A stretch of 34,832 nt of DNA. Source: Trichinella spiralis. Lineage: Eukaryota. A program made the position numbers and the translations under genes. Location of the stretch: positions 8,215,331 to 8,250,162 of the forward strand of contig NW_003526943.1 in NCBI RefSeq assembly GCF_000181795.1, given 5' to 3'. The notes below the pieces were generated by a model that saw nothing but the letters and a program-made list of their open reading frames with translations, made no database searches and was not told where the DNA came from. Positions 24,457 to 34,832 of the stretch are shown piece by piece (the stretch's first letter is position 1; each line of letters starts with the position of its first letter).

Positions 24457-26699
24457 TTCCACACAGTCCAAGAAGCATGTGTTATTTTGTTTTTATTCAT
24501 TTATCCAACTGAACCTCACACGACATCCATACCTGCCTTCCTGTGTAAGCGACAACAACGACGACAACATTTGGCTTATTTTGTTGGTGGCTGATTGGTC
24601 TTCCGTTTTTTCGGTGCATGAATCAGCAGCGACTGTTATGCGTTTGCTTGTTGTGCTGCTGCCATTAACCAGGAAGAAGATGCAGATGATGAAGAAAAAG
24701 CCTTGTTTTTTGTTTTGACAAATTTTTCTCGTGCACCTGAAAAATAAAAAAAAAACAACGAAGTTGTTGAGAACAACAAACAATTTCCCACGGACGATGC
24801 CATTGTTATTCAGAAATTATTTTTCCATTGTTTACCGCCGCCTACTGACTGGGATGCGTCATTTTATTTGTACAAATTTTGACAAATGTTTTCTCTCGTA
24901 TATAATGTTTATATTCTTACTTTGTGTTATATTCAGTTATTTATTTATTTATTTATCGCTTTCTAAGCTGTTGTCATCATCATTGTTGACCGTTTATGTG
25001 ATTTATCTTCAATTTCTTTTTTTCTCCATTGCTACAGCTGCTTACTGTTGTTATTTGGCTGCAAAACTGTGCCGCGCCCCCCTCCTCACTGGGAAGTGAA
25101 AAATTCCGCATCCTTGTACACAAAATGCTTGCTGTTCTGTTGATTGATGTTATTGTTTCCATTCATTATTTTTTATTCTTTCATAATCACGTGTTTTCTC
25201 AATTTGCATATACAAAGTATACAATCGAGCTCAATGCCGACGGCTTTTGTTTATTTTTATTTCTTTGAATCGCTCACGTTGTTTGAAAACGGAGTAAATT
25301 TTCCTCTTTATTATATTCCCTCTTCGTAATTTTCTTGTATTTATTTGAAATTTGATCTTTCTTTTTGTTCATTTTAATTTCAATTTTAGTATTTTACAAT
25401 TTGTTGCACCATTCCACGCTCGGATGCGTTGGATATGGGTTGATAATTTGCAAATCCGTGCAAAGCGAGATTCGTTGAATTGGTTAAAGATTTTTCCACC
25501 ACTGGTCAAAGATCTGCCCTGGTCTTTGGTTGTCTTTTGATAATTTGTCAGCGTTGGCGACATCGATGGTACGGTCCAATTGACTTGCACAATGCTGAGC
25601 CTGGTGGGCAGTGTTGAATGATAATTGTTCGAACAAATGACAATGATTCTTTATTTATATCTTTCTGCTGTTGCTAAATTCGGTCCACAACAGCATTGCT
25701 GAAATGGCAATTCACAACAGCACTGCAATTTTCAGCTCTACTTGAAGAAAAGATTGATCGAAATTTCCATCATCAAGTGACATCCCCTCACTCACTGCTT
25801 CAGCACAGCTCGCGTGCAATTACAATTTTCAACTTGGCGTTCAATAATTTAAGAACTTCTACAATTTCACTTCAACTTTGATAAAACTTTTGATGAACTA
25901 TCAAAAATTAATTTGTTTCTTCTGTTTATGAAAATGAATTTCACGTTATTTCACAATTTCTTCATGATGAACTCGAGCAGTTAATTTCAAAGAAAAAACT
26001 TGCAAACTTTCCTCTAATTCTCCCTTTGAATAAAATTGAAATAAAATATCTATTTTTTGTATTGAGAAAAAATAACTTGAACGTCTGAAATTTTTTTGAC
26101 AAATAACACAAATTAACCGGACAAAAAAACAATGACTAATAACTAAATATATTTAAATCATGCAAAATTCAGTTTTTAAATCACTACTATTTGAAAACAT
26201 TATGTGCACGTCTTCTGAAATTTATCTAAATTGAAAGTGCGCCATTCAAAACTACATGAGCTTATACCAATACATACCAATGCTCATAATGCTTGAGAAC
26301 ATAAAGCACACCAAATGTTTTACTGCACAGACAGAATGTGAGGGATATTTGAAATTCAATAAAAATACAAATAAGCCGAACTAAAAATGAGCATAAATAT
26401 ATTCAAGATTCATTTTTTATTAAATGGTTTTAATTCTTTCCAAAAGATCAATTATTCAAAATTTTTTGCTTTTATTTGCCACCTAATAACCTAATCAAAA
26501 ATATAAAATTGACACATTTGAACTTAATTTTCATTTATTACTGCCTGTACAATGATTTTTATTATGAACTTTTTAAATGAACTGAAAATGCAGTTGGGCG
26601 GTTAATTTTATACTAAATCTATATAAATTCCACTTTTATTTATCTGAAATATAACAAAATATCTAAAACATGTAAAAACATTACATATACAGAAAACTG

Positions 26700-28410
26700 T
26701 AAAGAGTACTCATTAGACTGCTAAGCAATGTGGAGGACAAGAATGAAATAGACGCTTTGACTGAAGAACGAGAAATCTAATATAACAGAGATCAGAGTCA
26801 GAGTGGAGGAAAGAAGTTGTGATCTCTTAAAAGAAGAACAATATGAAATCTCATCATATTGTCTCTAATACTGTTTCTGACTTCAATCGTCAAACATATG
26901 TCAACTGAACCAAATGTTGACCGTATCATTGAGTATTGTCGGAAAGGTCTGCAGTTACCACAAACCAGGAAATGTGCGCCAAGCCATGTTGGGTGACGAT
27001 GCCAGTAAGAAGCGAAGTTGCCTTCTTTCCACTGCAAGTCAACGTCCAATTCAGCCTCACAAGATGGATCAAAAGGGATTGAATTTATTATAATGGGACT
27101 ATGACTTTGCAGAATAATGGACAATCGCAAAATTACTCTGTTATTAATCGATTAGCCGCAGAAGAACAGGTTGCTATTTTTGAGGCTATAAAGCCTAGCC
27201 ATGATAACACAAAGGACAACAGTGTTGCAGAAAAGGAAATTACCAATGAAGTTTAGCCAGTACTCATCCGATTCTCCTGAAGGAAGCATCTGGATCGTTG
27301 CCAACAGTAAAGCTTGCACTGGATATATCAAGCATGTGTAGTACTCAAAGTGAGAATGCATGTCTTGATTATTGTCTTGCAAAGAAGGTCATGCAATCCA
27401 GAGTTGTTCAAAATTCCTCTGCATGAATTCTGAGGAGAGAATGACTGTTGTCAAGAGACTGAGATTGTGTTTCTTGCGTCTCAGGGAAGGTCATCGAGCG
27501 GCCGCCTGCAATACTAAAGGAAGGTGCCAAAAACAGGCTGTAATGGACGACATCATTCTAGACAGGACGGGTGAATATAGAAGGAGATGGGCTGTCAAGG
27601 GATGCGAACCATCGAAGTGGGGTGCCCAAGGAGGCAAATCGAGGAAGCATCGAGTCACCGAAGACGGAAGATAACAGAGTTTACGTCGCTCATGTTCCTT
27701 ACTCTGGACAAGCATACTACTTCAAACTGCCCATTCTAGACTCTATAATGAAGATGGAAATTCTATGGCAATTAACTGCCTATTTGACACAGGTTCCTTT
27801 GTGAAGAATAGTGTTCATGAAGCTCTAAATCTTAAAGGACCTCTGGAATCCGTGTCTATAGAACCACTTGGTAGTAGTGGCGGTGACTGTAAGCGAGTGC
27901 GTCGGGTAAAGATGTGTTTGAGTCCTATAAAAGACCATGAAATTAGAAGACAACTAATTGAAGCACTATGCTTACGAAAGATAAGCGAAAGTCCGAACCT
28001 CCGTCTGGAGATCAAGCAATTTAGCCATCTCGCGCCATTAAAGTTGGCAGAAGATTTCACGAATTTGTGCACTTCTTTCGACGTTCTTATATGGTTGGAC
28101 TATTATTATAAATTTATTGATCAAAAGATTATAAAAGACGTAGAGGGAGAACCGATAGCGATCCATTCTACCTTAGGCTGGATTGTTTGTGATTCGATTC
28201 CTGAGAATGTCCTGACAACCAGGATTCGGACGATGTTCGTAAAGATATAGGATCAGCTTGACGACATCCTGAAAGAAATTTGGGATATGAAAGCCGTCGG
28301 AATAAAAGATGATGAATAAAAGAGAAGTAATTCGAAGGCTTCACAATTGTTTGAGAAGACAGTAAGCTTTGACGGGGAACGGTACGAAGTACAGCTTCCT
28401 TGGTCAACAG
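26700..28410 (+). mobile_element. Degenerate BEL/Pao LTR retrotransposon fragment (gag zinc knuckles, aspartic protease, start of pol). Left boundary approximate.
   Basis: SCKEGHAIQSCSKF...EERMTVVKRLRLCFLRLREGHRAAAC matches Pao-type CCHC knuckles (one Cys lost). INCLFDTGS is the protease active site. FDVLIWLDYYYKF, PIAIHSTLGWIV and, after stops, DDILKEIWDMKAVGIKDDE*...FEKTVSFDGERYEVQLPW are typical Pao motifs just upstream of RT. Stops and frameshifts are present, and I see no LTR, RT or integrase. Confidence 0.85.
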
Positions 28411-28955
28411 TTATGATCTTTCGTTTTATTTCCATTATTCAATGCTGTTCTTCTTACAGTTATTCTTATTATTATTATGAGATTTATGATTGTAACTGTG
28501 ATTTTTAGCTTGTTTCAGAACTCTACGTTTATATTTCTTAATAAATAGCAAAATGATTGATTGTACATATTTATATCTTGAATGGTACTGAACAGTTCTC
28601 GACACTTAGATTGCTTGCATTTTTGCACTATTTATGCAAAATTTACATCAACGTCTGCTAAACGAAAAGTCACCAGTAGTAGTAATTTCACGAGTAAAGC
28701 GCGCAATTTCAGCCGTGTTCAGCGCATTATTAATCATCCTGATTTCCCAACGAATTCTATATACTTTATCGTAATCAAGTGGTCATTAAAAATAAATAAC
28801 ACATTGACAAAACAGCTTTGATAGTTTTTAATTTAAATTTAAAAATAAACATATTAAAATGTAAGCTTTCGCTGAATAAAAATGGAAGAAAAAATAAATA
28901 AACAAAAAAAGAAACAATGACAAGTGTAAGCAGAAGAAGCAAAAGTTGTGTGTGA

Positions 28956-31900
28956 TCAAAATTCCCACTCGATTTGGTCTTTCTCTTTGATGCGATTTTC
29001 GATCCGATGGATCGCCTCAGAACGATCTTCCTCAGTTACCCAAGACACGTCCGGCTTGACCAGGTTCGTTTCCATACGATGCAATATTGCCCGCCTCAAA
29101 TAATCGCTCGTCGGCTGTTCACCACCGCTTGCCGATGGCACCGGTTCACCGTACGACGATGACCCTGTGGTCGAGGTGGAGGAAGTCCGGCTTGAGGTAT
29201 TATGGTTGTTCGAAGTTTCCAAGCCAGCAGCACTGCGCAGGCTGTTCGCGGCCAGGTCCAGACCGTTGGTCAGGCTGATCTGATTGAGCAGATCTGCACT
29301 GTTGAAGACGGCGCTGAACAGCGGTGGAACCGCCTGGGCGACCGGCTCTTCTCGACCAGCAACGTTGCAAACGGTGATACCGTTGCAAAGACGGTCGACT
29401 TGGACGTTGTCCGCCACGGCGGTGTTCTGTTGCAGAGCGGCTTTTTGGCGCATTCGACGATTTTGGAACCAATTCGCCACTGTACTAACATGCAGACCCA
29501 GACGAACCGACAAGTGCGAAGTCATCTGCACGCTTGGATACGGTTCGCGGTTGAAAGCTTCGATCAGTTGCTCTTTTTGCGCTTTGGTCAACGTTACCCG
29601 AGGACGTTTGACATCCAGCTGTGAATATGCGTACGGACCAGAAATGGCCGAATCTCGCTGAATTGGATCGCAGTTGGCCAATCGTTTAAAATCTGTACGA
29701 AATTTAAATAAGTTTAACACTTGTATAGGAGGCATTTTTATTCACTTTTTCGAGCTTGATATTCGTTGATCTTTTTTATACGGTCCGCATCCTTCAGCCA
29801 AGCTTGCATTCGAAGCAACGCCTCTTTTCGCTTCGCACTCAACGCTTCCCAAGGTTTCGGTTTGGACAACAAATCGCTGACAAATCCTTGCGAAAGGTGC
29901 AACACTGCTTCGCCGAAGAGCTTCAAAAAGGAAGATTTGAATTAAAATTTGAAATTTGAAAACAACAAATCTATATTTTACTTACTTTCTGTCCAATACT
30001 ATGCGCGGCCAATACGGCCCGAGTTTCTTCGACAATTGCGACAGTATCCAACGGAACCGCATAGGAGTCGCATATTGTCGTTGTCGACAATGGAGAAGTG
30101 GGCGTCTCGTTAACTATCACCATGTTCGACGTCGGTTGACCACCATTGTTCAAAGACCGTTCGGTGAACACGGCCGAACCTTGGCAACCAGGCGGTTGGA
30201 TTTCAATCTGAGAACTACTGCTGCTACTGCGGCTGCCGCCGCCGCCGTTGCTGCTGCTTAAAATCGACAAAGCAATTAATACAAAACAAGGTTGCTCGAT
30301 AGCTTATTTTTTGCTAAATCAACTTTGAAACAAAAAAACATACTTTTGGCTGGCTTTTCGACTGGTGATAAGCTTCTTCAACAACTCGTTATCTTCAAGA
30401 AAGGCATGCATACGAATGAACGGCTCTCGGCCTTTCTGGGTAAGCATGTGCCAAGCTTTCGGTCGAGCGAGCAAATCACTGACCGAACCTTGAGAAAGAC
30501 CGAGTACTTGTTCACCGAACACGCGTTGGCTTATTGAATACTGAAGTAAGTGCTCTTTGACACGTTGGACCAACTTTTCCGTGTTGATCCGTCCGAATCG
30601 TTCGAACTGCTCCTGGGTGATCGGTGGCAAAACAGCTTTGAAAGTTCTCGTGGGCGGCGATGCCGAAGCGCACCGATTACTACCAGCGGAGGATGTTGAC
30701 GAGGAGAAGCCGGTGAACGCTGGCACAAGGGTGGAATTGGAGACGACGACGTTCAGGTCCGACGGCTGCAATGTGGGAACCGTTGGAGTCTGCTGGTCAG
30801 AGGGGATCAGAAGACTGCCGTCGTGATTGCGCAGCTTGGCCAATTCGCGTTCGTAAATTTCGTGTATTTTCGACTTCGGTATATCGTCGTGCCTGTACCG
30901 GCCCGGTCTGCAACGGAACGATGCCCCGGAGACCGACTGAACGGTCGACGCGCTTTGACAGCGTCGATCCCGGCTCACGTCCGACCCTTCACCGTTCGAC
31001 GAGCTGACCGGCGACGCGGACATCGGCCTCACTGTGGACGAAGCAGCGCCGCGGTCACTGACCACCAACGGCAGTTGGACCTCTTCCCGGGCCTGTTTCG
31101 CCTTTTGCAAAATGTGAACAATGCGCGCCTCGGTGGCGCTGTCCATCTGGCTGCGATTGGCGTAACGGTCCCTGGCCGAGCAGGGGGTCCGTTTCGGTGA
31201 AATGTTGCGCAACGCGAGCACCGCCCGCTGGTCGCCGAGCCAGGCTTTCAACCGCCGGAAGCTGTTCTTGCTCCTTTCGGTCAAGCTCGACCACTTTTTC
31301 GGCTTGCTCAACAACTCGCTCACCGCGCCCTGCGACTGATTCAGCACGTACTTGGCAATCAGACGCTGACCAATGTTGTGCTCAGTTAAGACGCGACGAC
31401 ACTGGCGCGCAATTTCAGCCGTGTCCAGCGGCTCATCTCCCGACAGTTTCGACTGCTGGTCGACGTGCCAAGCCAGCACTGACTGCAAATAGTGCAAGTT
31501 AGCCCAGTCGGCCGAAGACATGCCCACCGCTTCCAATTCCCCTCCTGCACTCAGACCCGCCTCTGAACCGTTGTTCAACTGGACCCCAGGAGCAGAACGC
31601 TTCTTCGAGTCGTCATCGGTGTCGCCGACTTCTGTCACCGGTTCTGGAACATTGTGCGACGATGCAGACAGTGATTCTGGAGCCTGACAAGCGGTTGGAA
31701 CCGCTGGCAACGGCAGGGGCGCCGATGTCCCCGGCGACGACTGATCGCTTGTCGCCATCGCTTTCTGGGCAGCGTCCAATTCCAATTCCAAACCGACTGT
31801 AGAACTCCATTCGCGATAGCTGTTCACCAATTCTGAGCCAACGACGCTGGCCATCATGTTAACGTACTGCTGCACTTGTGAAACGCATTCGCTGCTGTCG

Positions 31901-33524
31901 CTTGATTCAGCTTAAACAAACAACAAATTGCTTTACGCAAAAATGCCCCTTTAACAACAGAAACCAACAATACCATTCAACTGTAGACAATTATTTTCTC
32001 GTCCATTTTCACATGCCTCTGAGAAGTGGAACATTTTTGCGCCATGTTCAGAATTGGTCAAAATGTTTTCTTCATTATCACTGAAATAACAAATCAGCAA
32101 AATGGATTATTGATGAAACATAAATAAAAAATCATTATTCACTCCCACGTTTGAACGTTGTTCATTGGAGAAGTGCAGTTTTCCACTACATCACTGCCAA
32201 AGTCAGCCACTGCGTTGTCATTGTTGAACTCCTGAAAATAATGCATTCTTATTTGAATGAATGAAATTTCATTTTTGTTTTATGTAAATTAAAGTAATTC
32301 CTTCGAAAAAAATATTTTAAAAACCTACACTGGGCGATGCCATGGTAGTGTCAGAATCGACGTATGCGCTCGAATGATTAGCAGCAATAGGTTTCGCATT
32401 GGACAACTCGCTCAACGCCAAGCGCATCGCTTCAGCCCGTTCTCGGGCATCTTTCAAACTTTGGCAAAGGAACAAATTAAATTTCTGCAATTGCCTTTCT
32501 CGATTTTCGTACATAATTCGCCCAGCTTCTTCTTGATGAGATAATTTTGCCTAAAGTGTAATTTCAATTAGAACAAAACATATTTCTTTTTATTTCAAAT
32601 ATAATTAAAAGATTTTTAACAAAAAACAATCTTTTATGAACAAACCTCAAATTCAGCGGTGAGTTTGCATTCCAAATTCTTCAGCATCTCTCGCAAATGT
32701 AATATAATCGCATCTAAAGCATGCAACAACGTCTAATTGCATCATTTTCAAGTTTCACGTGCGTCAATTATTTAGATATTATGAAAAATCATTTTATAAA
32801 AATGCATTTTTATTTTTATACAAATTTCATGAATTTAAATTTAAAATTATTGTAGTCTATTCTCTTTAAAAAAATAGAAACAATCAGTGTTCGAATACCC
32901 TTTTCAGCTAAGTGATATATTTGAGAACGAAGTGCTTCTAATTCACTTCTGAGATATCTGTTCTCAGATTCCAAGTCCTGCATACGTTTTGCTAATTTCT
33001 TACTGATTGAAGCCATCTTCAACGCTGGTGCAGGGTCTACAATAAAAGCAAACAATAACAAACACAGTAATGCACAATAAACTTGCAAAATTGTTGAAAA
33101 AAGTTTTAAATTACTCGGCCACTCAATAACTTGCTTGTAGAGTTTCAAAAAAGCTGCTTCAGCTGCTTTGCTACGTTTGCTCAGCCAGTCTACTTCGGCT
33201 TGAAAGCTCTTCAGCAAATGAGTAGCCCTTTTTCGTATATCCTGAAATAATTTTCAAAATTTACTACTGTCAGTGAAAAGTGAGGAACTTCCAAAAAAAA
33301 TAACTCAACTAAACATTCATTCTATTTAATAGTAAAAAAAGTTAAAATATATACAACTATATATATAATTTTTATGTATTCAAACAACAATTAAAAAAAA
33401 TAATCTCTCATACTTCTGGAGTGTTTTTCTTGTATTCTCGACTGTTCTCGATTAATCTTTGTCGAGAACACTCACTCTCATCTTGACGATTGGCAAGTTC
33501 AGCAGCTGTTTCATCTAGCTCTTT
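28956..33524 (-). CDS. ceh-44: CUX/cut-like homeobox gene, exons 2-12 (3 CUT domains + homeodomain). Exons 33414-33524, 33115-33241, 32899-33036, 32646-32713, 32329-32550, 32143-32231, 31974-32080, 30344-31910, 29986-30256, 29746-29920, 28956-29692. Exon 1 of this copy lies beyond the window end.
   Basis: CUT1 is [51 protein letters not shown]2 is [63 protein letters not shown]3 is [47 protein letters not shown]. The homeodomain is [26 protein letters not shown]...NWFQNRRMR and the protein ends in the CUX-type IEWEF*. All splice phases are compatible. With exon 1 the CDS totals 3,699 nt (~1,232 aa). Confidence 0.95.
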
Positions 33525-34832
33525 CTAAATAAAACAACAACATCAAAATAAAATGATAAACTACTACAACTTCAACTCCAGTTGCGTTTCAAGCACTTTA
33601 TTAGCAATTAATTATTTATGAAGTGGTGTTGTTTAACGTCATCATGAACATCACATTTCAATGTAATCGTTGTACCACAGAATATAAAATCATACCAGAG
33701 GTAAAGATGAATTGTAAAATATGACTTTTTTGAAAAAAATAATTGCAATACATCATGCCAGACTGTATGTATTCATTTTATGCAAAAAAGTATTCTTCGC
33801 AAAACATTTATCATCATTCACTGCATCACCGTATTCAGTCAAATGACAACTGTTGATCAACAAAAATGGGAGTAATTTTTAAATTTACTTTCCCATTCGA
33901 ACATCTCTCGTACAAGAGTGTGTGCAAGGAAAACTGTCAGCGTAATTTGAATTATTCTGTCTATGTGAAATGTACTACCAAAACCAAAGATCAATATAAT
34001 TAATATCGATTTCGGACAGCATCACAACAAGACTATATTGGTTGTCATCCCATTAACTAAATATTCACCAATGAACAAGTAGTTTGCACATCTAAGATAA
34101 TCACCAAAATGATGACAGCTTCTGGTTAATCGATAGAAAAAAAATAAATGCCTGGGTAGGTTTTACAGGTAAGCATTCAATGTGACAATTCCCCCATCAT
34201 TAACTTATCCATAATTGATCTCATCAACAATTTTACGCTCTAAGCATATATATATATATATATATACATACATATATATTAAATTTATATATTGAAAAGT
34301 AGTTTTGTCATTGATCACAAAAACTTTTCTTTATTATATCTCAAGTATTTCTCATTTAGAGGGGTAAATAAAAGTTTCGTGTCTAATGAAATCAATCGTC
34401 CCGTTTGCACAAACGAGCATAGTTTGCTGTTAGTCATTGATTTCATTTTTTTCTCTTTCCCGCTCCAAAATTTACAACAAAAAGGATTACTGTGGCAAAT
34501 AAATTCAAGTCCAATTTATTGATGAGCTGATGCCAGTAAAACTGGAGCTCACATTTCAGTTGTTCGTCTTTTCCAAAAAATCAAATGTATGAAAAGTCCA
34601 CCAACAAAAACAGCAACATTACTTTTTAGACCATAACGCTCTACTGATGATCTAATAGAGAACTAAATATACAAATTCATTTGCTGTAACTGAATTCAAA
34701 CATTTAAATATGAAGTACCAAATAGCACCCCCCTCGATTAAGTTTTAACATTGTTAGAACTGCTGAATAAATAATAATAATAATTATTGGGTAAATTTAA
34801 TTTGAAAAGTATAAATAAACCCTGTTTACTTA
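31448..34832 (+). repeat. Direct repeat copy 2 (~3.38 kb), near-identical to 1-3377
   Basis: Same alignment as copy 1; it extends to the last base of the window. Confidence 0.98.

Noticed and set aside
24428..25329. Hydrophobic ORFs after the zyg-8 stop, considered as a transmembrane protein or the CASP tail
   Set aside because: T-rich 3' UTR-like sequence yields F/L/I-rich translations, and the hydrophobic frames are on the wrong strand for CASP.
28974..31810. Many plus-strand and alternative-frame ORFs over the cut exons
   Set aside because: Antisense and frame shadows of GC-rich coding exons.
1..34832. CRISPR array, tRNA, snRNA or prokaryote-type operon
   Set aside because: I saw no regularly spaced repeats, cloverleaf or U-snRNA signatures by eye, and the DNA is intron-rich and eukaryotic. 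An Infernal/tRNAscan run would be needed to exclude small RNAs fully.

Overview
AT-rich eukaryotic genomic DNA with many short GT-AG introns, most likely from a nematode (a Trichinella-like clade I worm is my inference from composition, intron style and the 5S sequence). It holds a CUX/cut-class homeobox gene (ceh-44/CUX1-like: CASP-type coiled-coil N-terminus, three CUT domains, homeodomain) on the minus strand. It also holds a complete 13-exon doublecortin-like kinase gene (zyg-8/DCLK) on the plus strand, one variant 5S rRNA gene next to an assembly gap, a decayed pogo/Tigger-type DNA transposon and a decayed BEL/Pao LTR-retrotransposon fragment. The main structural oddity is that the first ~3.38 kb of the window is repeated at the far end. 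The cut gene is therefore circularly permuted: its 5' part runs off the left edge and its 3' part sits at the right edge, and joining the ends rebuilds one intact ~1,230-aa gene. A scaffolding or haplotype artefact is the most likely cause, but a ~31.45 kb tandem duplication cannot be excluded. I see no CRISPR or prokaryote-type system.
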